Below, in pieces: positions 24,508 through 38,134 of a stretch of DNA of 64,000 nucleotides (within the stretch, counting starts at the first letter, position 1; every line of letters starts with the position of its first letter). A model generated the notes under the pieces. That model did not search any database and was not told where the DNA came from. It saw nothing but the letters and a program-made list of their open reading frames with translations. This DNA comes from Octopus vulgaris (lineage: Eukaryota). The position numbers and the translations under genes were made by a program. The DNA lies in contig OX597815.1 of NCBI GenBank assembly GCA_951406725.2, forward strand, positions 145,762,001-145,826,000. The letters run 5' to 3'.

Positions 24508-25029
24508 GGCAGACAAACAGACAGACAGACATACTCACTTTATATATGTATATACAGATAAACATGTATAAGTATACCTATTTATAGTTATGTATATATA
24601 TTTATATATACGTATGTATGTGTGTGTGAGTGTGTCTGTAATAGACTCAGGCACACATATACTCGCACATAATAGATGAGTATGGGACGGAACTGAGACC
24701 GTGTGGGCGCCGTGAAGTCATGCAGTGTGAATTGAGCATTTCATATCTTGCGCGCGTCATCTCTCCATATTTGAATCACTTTCCATTAGAGAAAAGAATG
24801 TGAGGAAGCCACAGAGAAAAAGAAGCAACTACAACGCAGAAATGATACATTTTTAACAACTGCTACAAATAGAATGGCTAAACCAGCCCCGGCAGCATAT
24901 AAGGTTAGATCTAAGAAAACTAGGATGACTATCAATTTGTGTGCCAACCCTGGGGTAAGCAATAAAAGCAAAAACAACAATAACAGCATGGTTGACTGTA
25001 GTATATTATCTTTTATCTGAAGCACCACC

Positions 25030-25365
25030 GTGAAGATTTTTCAATCGAATGAATCGACCTCAGTACTTGGAAACCTGACACTTATTTTATCGGTCTTGTT
25101 TGCCAAGCATCTAAGTTACGGCGACGTAAACACACCAACCCGATTTTCAAGCAATGGTGAGGGACAAACGCAGACATAATGATACATACCCCCCCCCCAC
25201 ATACACTCACACACTTATATGACGGGTTTCTTTCAATTTCCGCCCACCAACTCCACTTATAAGACTTGGCTATGATAGAAGACACTTGCCCAAAGTGCCA
25301 CAGAGTGGGACTGAGCCCAGAATATTGTGGTTGGTAAGCAAACCTCTTACCACACAGCCACACCG
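25030..25365 (-). mobile_element. SINE family A, diverged
   Basis: GAAGACACTTGCCCAAAGTGCCACAGAGTGGGACTGAGCCC. Confidence 0.8.
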
Positions 25366-25670
25366 GCGTCTCAGAATGTGCTCCACCAAGCTTTCCTTCC
25401 TGCTGTGCATGAACTTGGCTAGCAACGAGACAAAAAGAGAGAGAAAAAGGGCAAAATTTTGGGCCCTTACAAGATGACTAAAACAGATAGGAATTAGAGA
25501 GAACTGGGAACAGAAAGAAAGAGCATGTGTAAGGATGAGGGTGAGGGAGAGAATAAATTATAAAATTAGGACGGAGTAACTCTGGAGAAAATCTGAAGAA
25601 TTTCACTAGTGTCGAAGAACCAGAAGTTGAGCGTCATGCACATTACTCTTCTTCACCTGATTAAACGATT

Positions 25671-25918
25671 ACATACATACATATATACATGCATACATAC
25701 ATGCATACATACATACATACATACATACATACATACATACATACATGCATGCATACATACATACATACATGCATACATACATACATACATGCATACATAC
25801 ATGCATACATACATACATACATACATACATACATACATACATACATACATACATACATACATACATGCATGCATGCATACATACATACATACATACATAC
25901 ATACATACATACATACAT
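25671..25918. repeat. (TACA)n microsatellite with TGCA variants
   Basis: Direct reading. Confidence 0.95.
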
Positions 25919-25989
25919 AATGCATGAGACTTGGTAGGTAGCTCCTTGAACAACATTCCTTGTCTGATAACCGCGAATACATGCCCGAA

Positions 25990-26830
25990 GAAGTCGCACG
26001 ACTCTACCGCAACGTATTATCAGATGAAAGGATGAGCCAACATGAGCAGAAGGTTATGCATTAATATATTAGTAGAAAGCCCCGTGATAATAGTAACATC
26101 GATCATAAAAGCAGTCTATCATGGACCAACAACCGGTTTACTACCTCCCATTTTGAAGGGTATGCGTTTGCAATCCAGAAGCAGGAAATATCAGTCAAGT
26201 ACCTGAAGCACAAAAGCGATGGAGATACAGGAAAGCAGTAAAATATGACAACCGATGCAGACTTTGTGGAGTTAACACCGAAGATATCACCCACATCATA
26301 AGCAGGTGTCCGGAAATGTCATCACGGTATTATCTACCGATAAGGCATGATGTAGTTAGGACACTCTATAATCCGTCGAAAAGGTAACTCCGAGGACAAA
26401 GAAATAAGAACCCACAGTGTAGTAGACGCCATAGCCACACATAATAGAAAGGAGTACTGGTAGAATGTCCCAGTGAAGACCTCAATAAAATGTAAGCACA
26501 ATATATCTGATATAATGATTTGTGATAAAGAAGAGAAAATGTGTGCAGTTATGGAATTAGCTGCCCAGTAGATGGCATAAAGCTGAAGATCAGTAGAAAA
26601 GAGAACACCTATGCTGAAATATTGAGACATCTGCAGTTACTCTATCCAGATTATAAGTTCTGGTTTGTACCTGTAGCTATTGGGGCCCGGTGGTATGTAA
26701 CACACTCTTTAAATACCAATCTTGAGAATTTAGGCTTCTCAAAACCAAGAAGGAGAAGACTAATTCGAAGACTACAAATCAAATCCATCACTGGATTTGG
26801 GGTTAGTAAAATCACTGGAACTGTAAAATC
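25990..26830 (+). mobile_element. R4/Dong-clade LINE remnant (CCHC knuckle plus restriction-like endonuclease)
   Basis: FEGYAFAIQKQEI...CRLCG..TEDITHIISRCP...RHD, then KHNISDIMI.D, SCP.D...K...Y and PVAIGA motifs, with frameshifts. Confidence 0.85.
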
Positions 26831-26855
26831 TTCCGAGTTCGATTCCAGGCAGTGA

Positions 26856-26931
<76 letters not shown>

Positions 26932-26932
26932 C

Positions 26933-26984
<52 letters not shown>

Positions 26985-27171
26985 TAAAGACATCGAAAAA
27001 TACCTTAGGAATGAGAACCTAGGTTCGAAATTTCCTCAAGATACCTGATGAAGGCTGGAGGGTATATAAGCCGAAACGTTGTGTTAACAACAACCAAGAT
27101 GAGGACAAATATCCGTCAATTGTAAATAATGTAAATAACGTACGTAATTCCTCATCTCTTAAGTATTGAAC
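26831..27171 (+). mobile_element. SINE family E, 5'-truncated, with intact hammerhead
   Basis: B box GAGTTCGATTCC, (AAT)n, hammerhead, shared tail. Confidence 0.88.
27040..27085 (+). ncRNA. Minimal type I hammerhead in SINE E
   Basis: GATAC | CTGATGA A | GGCT ggagggtatata AGCC | GAAAC GTT | GTGTT. Sister copies have GACAC, giving C-G at the wobble position. Confidence 0.75.
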
Positions 27172-27645
27172 GATTGAAATTATTTAAAATCAAAACGTCT
27201 TTTATTCCATTTTGTATCATCTATTCATGTAAACACTACACATACTATAACATTTCTGATGTATACTCAGTATCAGGATCATTTCTCCCTATATGATGAC
27301 ATCAGATCGCCAGAAACTCGGGGTGAACTTTGCTTGGCATTCTACAAATATTTTTTTACCCGATTTTGTCTTATTGAACTACATATATATAAGTACACGC
27401 CTAGAAGACATTCTGCCTTTTCCTCTTATGTGGTTGGACTGAGGGAAATTGCACCAGATCTAAACTTGTAGTTCGGTAGCTGATAATCAAGTGCAATAAA
27501 TATTTGGACATGTTAACAATGAGTTTAACCTTATTATTGTGCCAGCTCGGTGCCAAAGTCTGCTTTGGATGCCAAATAATCACCTTAGTCGATTTTAAAA
27601 CTACAAAGAAGACAGAAACGTTGTGAGAAAGAATGAAAACAGGAA

Positions 27646-27684
<39 letters not shown>

Positions 27685-27912
27685 GAGCGATAGAGAGAGA
27701 GAGAGAGAGTGTGTGTGTGTGTGTGTGTGTAAAAGCGTGAGTTAGAATGATGCAGAAAAGGGAAAATACAAAGTATTAAATTTTGCATAAATATATAAAT
27801 TATACATAGTTTTGAGATGTGGTCATGGATAGTTATTCAGGAAGATGAAGAAGAAATACATACATACATACAGATATATATACATATATATATATACATA
27901 TTCACACACACA

Positions 27913-28000
<88 letters not shown>

Positions 28001-28091
28001 CATACATATACATACATATACATATATATGTATATACATGCATATATATGCATATGTAAACGTACACAAACACACACACACACACACACAG

Positions 28092-28122
<31 letters not shown>

Positions 28123-28572
28123 CATACCAACACGCGGACACTCTCACACACACAAACACTCAAATACAGAATATAAAGTCAGAAGAACAAAATGAAAAAT
28201 GAAAATACTAATACTATTGTCAGAAGACGGAGCTGAGGAAAGAGAAGATGGAGAAGTGTTGAAAGAAGTAAGTGACGCTGTAGAATGTGAGTGTGTGTGG
28301 GGGAGAATGGGAAGAGTAACGATGTGGACTGGAGTAAGAAGAACGTCGTAATTAAAATGGAGGAAGAGTTGTGTTTAAAGCGATAGCAAGAGCTAGAAAG
28401 AAATAATGTGGTGTATGAAGTAGAAGGAAGGTGAATAGTTTGGATTCAGTTAAATAGTAAGATCTTCAGATATTAATAAAGTGGAACGGTTGTATGGGAA
28501 GGAATAACAGATAGCAGTGAAGAACTATAGAAAGAATTGGAGGGGAATAGAATGAGTGAATGAAATTGAGGG

Positions 28573-28617
<45 letters not shown>

Positions 28618-28619
28618 GA

Positions 28620-28650
<31 letters not shown>

Positions 28651-29504
28651 TAGCGGATGAAGGGTGTTGGTGGTGATTGTGATAAAAAAAAAAGATTGCC
28701 AAAGATTATTGGCGAACAAAAAGTGCAGATTGCAATACCGGGAAGTTGGTGGAATTTTTTATGCGAATATTGGAAAAAAAAAAACACCCCCCACTACAAA
28801 AAAACAAAACAAATACAAAACAAAATTCCTAAAAAAACCAAGACAAAAGAAAAGGAAGATAAAGAAAATAAAATTATTGGAAGATATGAGAAACATTACT
28901 TTATTAATAAGATCTAGCTCACAGTTTCTTGGATAAGGCTAAAACCACTACAACTACTAACAATAAGTAACGCTGTCATGATTACCAACATTACCTGCAG
29001 TAGCAGCATCCACATTTTAATCACCACCACCACCGATACTGGCATTATCATCATCATCATCATTATCATCATTGTTATCATCATCATCATTAGAGCCAGC
29101 ACTCTCATTACGAAATCACCAGTACTATGCCGCAGCTGCTACTGCTGCTGCTGCCGCTGTTGAGCTGCTGTTGATGGTGATGATGGCGGTGGCTATGGTG
29201 ATGTTAGTGATTAATGATTGAAGATAAAAATGATGATGAGGAATGAGTAGGAGAAAGGAGAAGTGGACGAGGAATGCAACAACAAATAGAATGGATAACG
29301 ATGATGATGATGACGATGATGATGATGATGATGATGATGATGTGGAGGAGGAGGAAAAGAAGGTAGGCTTCAATGATTTCATCATTTCTTATCATCAAAA
29401 TTCTTTCAGTTCGCTGAAATGTTTAGAGAACAATTCCTCTTTTCTCAATCATTTATTTCTTCCTATTAAAAGATTTAGGCTGGAGCCATAATCCAGTCTT
29501 TGTC

Positions 29505-29730
29505 TTGTATCTTTTACTTGTTTCAGTCATTGGACTACGGCCATGCTGGGTTACCGCATTCGAGAATTTTTTTGTCGACTGAGTCGACCCCAATTTTCAG
29601 TATTTTTCAGCCCTTTTAAACCTGGTAATTATACTATAGGTGTCCTTTGCCGGACCGCTAAAACACACCAACACTGGTCGTCAAGTGATGGCGGAGGACA
29701 AGCACAGAGATAAAAATACACACACTTACA
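29505..29730 (-). mobile_element. SINE family A 3' part
   Basis: TCTTTTACTTGTTTCAGTCATT...GGCCATGCTGG; the 5' part is probably 30838-30960. Confidence 0.75.
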
Positions 29731-29794
29731 CACACATATGTAATTGTGTATGTATATATATATAGATACACACACGTATGTATGTATATATGCT

Positions 29795-30203
<409 letters not shown>

Positions 30204-30246
30204 AGTTCCAGCATGGCCGCAGTCAAAGTGACTGAAACAAGTTAAA

Positions 30247-30282
<36 letters not shown>

Positions 30283-30302
30283 ATAGATATATAGACACTC
30301 CC

Positions 30303-30347
<45 letters not shown>

Positions 30348-30382
30348 TGTATAACTACATATATCTATAACTATATGTATAT

Positions 30383-30668
30383 CATTCTTATAAAAATAAG
30401 AAAAAAGCTGTCCGCTTATTAGCTCCATGAGGCCATCGCCTTAAGTTAGCTATTTGATACACAAACTGTATCCATATAACCTTCGAACAAGGGAGGTCAG
30501 TCGCCCCACACTACTTGACCGGCAGCTACCGGTCAAGTAGTGTGGAGCGACTGACCTCCCTTGTTCGAAGGTTATATGGATACAGTTTGTGTATCAAATA
30601 GCTAACTTAAGGCGATGGCCTCATGGAGCTAATAAGCGGACAGCTTTTTTCTTATTTTTATAAGAATG
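30383..30668. repeat. 286-bp spacerless palindrome (2 mismatches seen)
   Basis: Centre GACCGGCAG|CTACCGGTC at 30525/30526; arms 143 bp. The right arm continues ~90 bp into (TA)n. Confidence 0.93.
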
Positions 30669-30800
30669 CCATATTAGTATGGCGATAACTATTAGTTTCC
30701 GGGAACGCTGCCGCTGTTCTCTTTTAGAGAGACTTAGTTATTTTAATATTTCTAATATATGTATATCTATCTATATATATATATATGTTTGTAAGTGTGC

Positions 30801-30837
<37 letters not shown>

Positions 30838-30841
<4 letters not shown>

Positions 30842-30960
30842 ACGGCTACAAAATCCACCCACAAGGCTTTGGTCAGCCCGAGGCTGAAGACACTTCCCCA
30901 AGGTGCAAGGCGGTGGGACTGAACTAGGAACCATGTGGTTAGGAAGCAAGCTTGTTACCG
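30838..30960 (-). mobile_element. SINE family A 5' part
   Basis: CACAAGGCTTTGGTCAGCCCGAGGC...GGGACTGAAC. Confidence 0.75.
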
Positions 30961-31414
30961 GGGGAGAAGAAATAGACACCTGAATCAATGGCCAGTTGAA
31001 AACACGTGAATACATTTAGCACTCTCTTCCCCCCTCTCCCTTGGCTATATCTCCTCCCCACTTCTTTCTCTCTCTCTCTTGCGTTTCTTTGCCTGTCTTT
31101 CTGACACATTGTCTCTACATTTAACTCAACGAATTTACCTGCCGTGAGCCCCATTTGGGGATCTGCTAAAAATAGTCTGATTGCCAGTTGTTTGTTGTAT
31201 TTAAAGTGAATTGCTTATGTACATTGCATATGCAGAGGTGTGTTTCACACTATTTAGTAGTTAAAGTTTGTCATTATTAGCTCTGGCTAATTCTAGAGCA
31301 CATTTTATGTCATAAATCGCAATTTTTGAACTACAAAAATAAGGATTGATTTGAAAATGCTTTTTTTTTGCATTTCCCATCTATATCGTTCTTTGATATT
31401 TCATACATATCATT

Positions 31415-31570
31415 TATCTTTACGTTCTGAGTTCAAATTCCGCCGAGGTCGACTTTGTCTTCCATCCTTTCGGGGTCGATAAATTAAGTACCAGTTGTGT
31501 ACAGGAGTCGTTCTAATCGACTGGCGCCCTTCCCCAAAATTCTGGCCTTGTGCCTAGATTAGAAAAGGAT
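31415..31570 (+). mobile_element. SINE family B, 5'-truncated
   Basis: TACGTTCTGAGTTCAAATTCCGCCGAGGTCGAC. Confidence 0.85.
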
Positions 31571-32000
31571 ATTTCATACACATTCACATTTGGTACTATA
31601 ATTTCAAAAAAACTAAAATATTTATTAATGCAATTGAATAGAAAAGGATAAATATGTTTTTTTCAGCGATCCTCATTTGTGACTTTTCGAAAAATTTATC
31701 GTAATTTCCAAAATAATTCACATGCAAAGAAAATTTAAATATATATTATTTTAACTCCTAAAACAACTGGCAAAGCCAAAACGTATGAATAAAAAAAATT
31801 GGCAGTTAATGGGTTAGTAAAATAAAATGGATGGAATTATGTTGTAGACGGTGGGAAAAGGCAGACACCACTCCCTATAAATATATACTACAGTCATCTT
31901 ATTGGATGTGTATGTATATCCTGTTTACCTAGTTACCTACATATATGCATATGTGTGTGTTACATACCCTACCTACATCACGTGTATATATATATATATA

Positions 32001-32233
32001 GTCAATTCAACAAAATAATTCAAATAACGAATAAAAAAGAAAGAAATAAGACGAAAAGAGAAAAAAGAGGGGAAAAACGAGCGCGTGGACGTGAACAAGA
32101 ATTATAGTAATTTGAGTCTCTGTGAAAGGGGAAAGTTTTTAACGTTTCGAGCATGGTTCTTCGTCGGAAAGGAGAAAGGGAAAAGTCTAGTGAAGAAGGA
32201 AAAGGGAAAATCGCCAACCGTCCACCCGTAGTT

Positions 32234-32238
<5 letters not shown>
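32001..32238 (-). mobile_element. PLE-type terminal repeat with minimal hammerhead (32138-32170)
   Basis: rc TTT CCGACGA A GAAC cat GCTC GAAAC GTT AAA; (TA)n on both sides. Confidence 0.7.
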
Positions 32239-32290
<52 letters not shown>

Positions 32291-32292
32291 AT

Positions 32293-32520
32293 TTCACTCA
32301 GCTGTAGAAATGAGTTGCGACGTCACAGGTGCCAAGCTGTATCGACCTTTGTCTTTCCCTTGGATAACACTGGTGGCGTGGAGAGGGGAGGCTGGTATGC
32401 ATGGGCGACTGCTAGCCTTCCATAAACAACCTTGCCCGGACTTGTGTCTAGGAGGGTAACTTTCTAGGTGCAATCCCATGGTCATTCATGACCGAAGGGG
32501 GTCAAAAAAAAAAAAAAAAA
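32293..32520 (+). mobile_element. 5'-truncated retroposon (SINE-like) with A-tail
   Basis: Starts TTCACTCAGCTGTAGAAATGAGT (resembles central domains of Deu/Meta-type SINEs), GC-rich, ends in a poly(A) run. Confidence 0.55.
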
Positions 32521-34083
32521 TATATATATATATGGAAGGATATATTGGAACCAAGCCCGACGTGCTACGTTTCTGTAACGAGGCTACGGAGTTCTAAATT
32601 GCATGAGTGCCGAATAAAACTGTGTTATATAATAATATATAGATATAATCTCTCTTTCTCTCTCTCTTTCTTTCACACACACACGCGCGCACTCACACAC
32701 ATTCACGCACACACATGCACCCCCACACGCATTTAAAGATGTAGTTACCACTTATTCTCCTCGAAACTGCACAGAGATATCGAACTAGGTATGATCGGTT
32801 CTCAGGCAAACGCCTTATTGCAAAGCCTTGCCCTACTTTCTTCTAGAAGATTAAAATATTAAATACACTTGTATATTAACAGCATTAGAATATTTTCATC
32901 ACTGATTTAGATCAACCTTAAATACATCATCGTATTAAATTTATGTGAATTTTTTATATATATATATTACTACTGTATAACGACTGGATGTTGGATATTT
33001 TTCTGTTTGAAGGAAACTAAAGATAGATTAGCGTCAAAAGAAGCAGACATTCGCATATACTGTCTTTAAAAAAATCCATAGAATACGACTTAATTTTTGC
33101 GTATGAAGACAGCTGATCCGGGTTTTGCAAGTCTTTTAAAGACTGAAACTAGGTCAGTGGCGTTATTTGCGTCAAACAGAATCGATTCAAACAAACATGA
33201 GAGTGGAATCGATAAAAATCTCAAAAATTGTAATTCAAATAGCCATGAGTTTGGAATTTCTGAAATCAAGTTATACTGTCGTAATTTTGATGCAGTCATT
33301 TTTTTTCTGTGACAAGACAGCTTAATATTTCAACAGTTTGTTCAGCAGATATCTAAACTATTTTCAACTACATGCCTGATTATCAGCGATTAATTTTCCA
33401 GTCACGCCAAGAAATTGGATGAGTGGACTTGCGTAAAGCTCATTATTCATAATGTTTCATGGAAGCAATTGTGATATAATTCCTGAACGTGGGTGTTTTC
33501 CTTCTTGGGTACAAGATTACTCCGTGCTAGTGCAAGATTGCTTTATATGGAAGTTTTTTTCCGTTAGTCTTTTAAATATGCAGGAGAAGGGCTTTGCGTC
33601 TTTTATGTCTTTTATATATCTTTGTGTCTTTTATATCTGTATAACCAAAACATCTCTTTTAGTTCCATTCCTAACTGCTTCAATGAAAGTTTCAGAAGTC
33701 TAGGTCGTACGTCATGACTCTTCACAACGTTCAGTTGCAATCGTATATAATCTTCACATTTTGGTAGAAATCTTTCTTTGTTTTCAGTGTGTTAGAGCAG
33801 ACTAAAATAGCTTAAAATTTTTTCAAGATACTGGTTTAACTAAGATGCATTTTCTATTCAGTATCAAAGATAAGGAACACACAGGCGTATGCAATTTTTT
33901 AATTGATGGTTATTTCTAACTTTGAATACTTTAGATAACTTACTTGCTCACTCAAAGAGCCTTCAGTACATTATTTTGGAGCAGCGATTCTTAAACTTTT
34001 TGTTATTCATAGCCACATTTTTCATCACGAGATTTTTCACGTCACCTGTTATTTAATATGCGTTTGTGAAATAACATATAGGT

Positions 34084-34485
34084 TACTCTTTTACTTGTTT
34101 CAGTCATTTGACTGCGGCCATGTTGGAGCACCGCCTTTAATCGGGCAACTCGACCCCAGGACTTATTCTTTTGTAACCCCAGTACTTATTCTATCGGGCT
34201 CTTTTGCCGAACTGCTAAGTAACGGGGACATAAACACACCAGCATCGGTTGTCAAGCGATGCTAGGAGGACAAACACAGACACACAAACACACACACGCA
34301 TACATATATATATACATATATACGACGGGCTTCTTTCAGTTTCCGTCTACCAAATCCACTCACAAGGCTTTGGTCGGCCCGAGGCTATAGTAGAAGACAC
34401 TTGCCCAAGGTGCCACGCAGTGGGACTGAACCCGGAACAATGTGGTTGGTAAACAAGCTACTTACCACACAGCCACTTCTGCGCC
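34084..34485 (-). mobile_element. SINE family A, full length
   Basis: Colinear with 1619-2013. Confidence 0.92.
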
Positions 34486-36550
34486 AAGAAGGTTGTGGGA
34501 ATTTGATTTTCACAACCACAGCATTTCGCTTCGCGACCCACAGTTTAAGAAACTCTGTTTGAGAGAAATTAATATTTTCCGCAAGAACTTACAGTTTGGA
34601 TCTACGATACAGATTTTGCAAGACATTTAGCATCTGATCATGGGACTGAATCTTCGTTTCCTAACGTGTGATTGAATTAATAAAATGTTCGTATAATTCT
34701 TCGGATAATTCTTCATACGTTGATCAAAAATAATATTTCTGAGTGTTCTAATTACCTCGATGGACGCTTCTAAAATAGCATCAAATGACATTTACCATCT
34801 CAGTATCGTACTAAATGTATAGACACCATTAGAAGGCACAGAACTGTAGAATTGTCTGAGATAAAATCTCTTCATAGAGATTATATATCGGAGCGAGCCG
34901 AACATCATCGTAACAATAGCTAAAAAAATAACAGATGCGTTTCGTCTCACTCGAGGCTAATCAATGTGAAACCAATTGGCACCTGCTTAAATGAAATTCA
35001 TGTTTCCATATTTAGGAAACATAATTGATTAAACATTCATTGGTATGGCAGAAGCTGTTCAGGCTAAGTCTATGAAGATATTTTTATCTTAAACACAATT
35101 TTTATGTTAGACGATTCCATTATGCCTTCTAACAATATGGAAATATTTAGTATGAATTAATTGCCGGTAGGGACATACAAATTCGAGCCAGCAATTAATA
35201 AGTACATACCAGTTATCAGGAACGTGTTTAATATTTAAAATTAATAAATCCAATTGTGTTACACAGCTAAATATTAGTAGTTATTTAAGCAATATGTTTG
35301 TAGGTGGTTAATGGTTTGGATGTGATACTGAAGAAGGAGCAAGAACACCTGAAATATCCATATACACCAATTACTTATTTTTCCATCTCTGATCACATTG
35401 TTTACATAGGCGTATTCGTATATGAAATGTAACTTTCAGTGCTGGCTCCAGTTTCTATGGAAAATCTGCTGAGATAACTACAAAAAGGGACATTTAATAT
35501 GATTCATAGAGGGTCAGTTTAATTTAATGCTGTTTTAATCTCGTATATCTCGTATATCTACAGTCTAGCAAGCTTTTCAGCAACACCAATGACTACTATA
35601 TTCACTGATTATTATATATCTCCCAGCACGATTTTAGTTTAAGCACATGACAACAAAAGCACGGCATTGACAAACAGCAACAAGCTGAATAAACGTCCGT
35701 CGTTCTTGTAAGTAACTACGGTGACGATGTTCGTCTCGCTTCGGTATTGTTTTTGCTTTGAAGAGATTTTATCTCATGATTTTACAGCAACGCGCCTTGT
35801 AACGGTGTGCGTACATTTATTATGATACACAGTATTATGCTCTGAATGCATTGGATATAACTCCTTGTATTTTCTACTTTCTATGCGTGCGTGTTCGCAT
35901 TGTATGTTGATGGCTGATGAGTGTAACGATTGCTTTTATTTGATTTTCTCTGCTGATACTGGCAATAAGGGAAACAGCAATTTCGTTACGTGTTACTTTG
36001 AATATAATTTATTGGATAATGGTTTCTTGGTAACTGGGCAGTTACTTAGGAACAAAGATCCAATCTAAAACTTACATCTCTATAATGATTAGAGTATAAT
36101 TCTTTAAAGGTATCCTATAACCAATTAGAGTAACTCTCCTGATTTTACTGATAGTTCCAGAGTATGTCTTGATTTACTTCTAAACGGCAGCTAAACAAGA
36201 TATTTAAAATGTTCACACAACCTTTGATAGTTCACAGAACTGTCGGTGCCGTTGTTATCGTCAGTAATTACCACCGTAGAAAAATTTTATTTCTTCGAAA
36301 GATATTTTGAAATTAAGTTTGGCTGTTCTAAATATGTTGCGCAAAAGGTGTGTTTTAATATATCAGAGTTTTCAGCTGGTTTCAAACCGGGCAAATTGGT
36401 GCTCAAACACGTTTTATCGAATAGCTTTTTACGTGCAGAGTTGTATGCATGTATATGTTTAGAAATACGGTTTCTGCATGTATATATGTATGTACGCATG
36501 TGAGTGTGCATGTCTGTATATTTCTAGCTCCCTAAATCTACTATACATGC

Positions 36551-36649
<99 letters not shown>

Positions 36650-36658
36650 ATCTATCTA

Positions 36659-37850
36659 TTGGCGAACACGTACATCGCGTCCGTCATCTACTACCGCCTG
36701 ACCGTTGTGTCTTGTCCCGACCCTACCATCAACAAATTAGAACGCATTTTCTTCCGCTTCTTGTGGAAAGGATGCGTCCCGATGGTCAGGCGATCCATTT
36801 GCTGTCAACACCCGTTAAAAGGAGGGCTGGGCATGCCGTGGTTGATCATGCGCAGACACGCGCTGAGACTGCGACATCTCCGGCTCTACGTAGACGACGG
36901 TGAACAAGTGTCGTCGCCGATTGTGAGGCACGCTTTCCTGCAGTGACTTTCCCATGAGCAACTTCAACACAACCAAAGCATTCTATAGGGGATTAGTGAA
37001 GGGGATGTACAACGACGATCTCTGGGCAAACCTGGGCGTCGACGAGGAATACCTGACCCACCTGTTCAAGACGACTTTCGGGCCTGGACCTATGGACAAC
37101 TTCCAGAGATCCCTGGCCTGGCAGTGCTACCGAGAAGCGCTACCCGTTTGGGATAAGCTCTACAGACACGGCTCGAGAAACACAGGGTCGACCTGCTCGA
37201 GATGCGGTCAGAGCGACGAAACCGTTCTGCACGCACTCATGCAGTGTCCAACCATTTCCGACCTGTGGGCTTATGTCGAACGACTGCTGTCACGTGTGGG
37301 ACGAGTCGGTTTATAAGCCGAGTCTATCGTCAATATCGCCACGCCTCCTCCCTTCAAACGGGAAGGAAGAGCTATTTTCATCATACTTGTGGCTATGGCG
37401 AAAGAATGTATCTGTTGGACGCGTCTGAAAGTATTAGAGACAAACACTTTCGTCTCTAGTCAATCTCTCATCAACTTCTTGAAGTATCACTTGAAACAGC
37501 AAGTGAGAATAGAGAGGCAAGTTTTGTCTAGCGAATGTTTAAAAAAAAAAAGATGGGTGAATGTAGCAAGGATGGCACGTATGGATGACGAAGCCATCTT
37601 GAGGATAATCCTATGAACCGGGAAAAATTTAAAATAGAGAGTTACTTACTTGCAAATAAATGTGTTAACATGTGACATTATTGACCGAGGTTACCGTGGT
37701 CTTTTCCGTAGGCTTTTCTTTCCGCGGATAAACCTTATCTGTTTCCCCCTGTACTCTTTACATCATGACATTTCTGTGATACTCAATCACTATTGATCGT
37801 TTTTTTTTACGATCCCTTTTGATCGAAAACCTATCCCCCTTTTTTCCTCC
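36659..37850 (+). mobile_element. 5'-truncated Tx1/L1-clade LINE in (ATCT)n
   Basis: FRFLWKG..PMVRR..C..P..GGLGMP (post-RT region), CSRCGQSDETVLHALMQCP (CCHC finger), stop at 37616, 3' UTR; internal deletion near 36950. Confidence 0.9.
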
Positions 37851-37875
37851 TAGCTATCTAGCTAGATAGATAGAT

Positions 37876-38040
37876 ATGTTTCTTTATTAGCCACACAGGG
37901 CTGAACACAGGGGGGACAAATTACTAAGTAGAGCTTTTCTTTTGGGGTAGAAAAAAGGGGAGGACGTTTTCGATCAAAAGGGATCGTAAAAAACGATCAA
38001 TAGGGATTGTGTATTACAGAAATGTCATGATGTAAAGAGT
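37876..38040 (-). mobile_element. Inverted second copy of the same LINE 3' UTR, including the true 3' end
   Basis: 37945-38040 is the rc of 37753-37845; ends AATAAAGAAACAT followed by ATCT repeats. Confidence 0.85.
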
Positions 38041-38041
38041 A

Positions 38042-38134
<93 letters not shown>

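Noticed and set aside
30530-30650. HDV-like or hammerhead ribozyme in the second palindrome
   Set aside because: Only a GCTAA word and one hairpin; I could not build the nested double pseudoknot or a CUGANGA/GAAA core.
32950-33900. Complex non-repetitive stretch with short overlapping ORFs (possible decayed transposase or exon)
   Set aside because: No recognisable motif or phase-compatible splice pair by eye.
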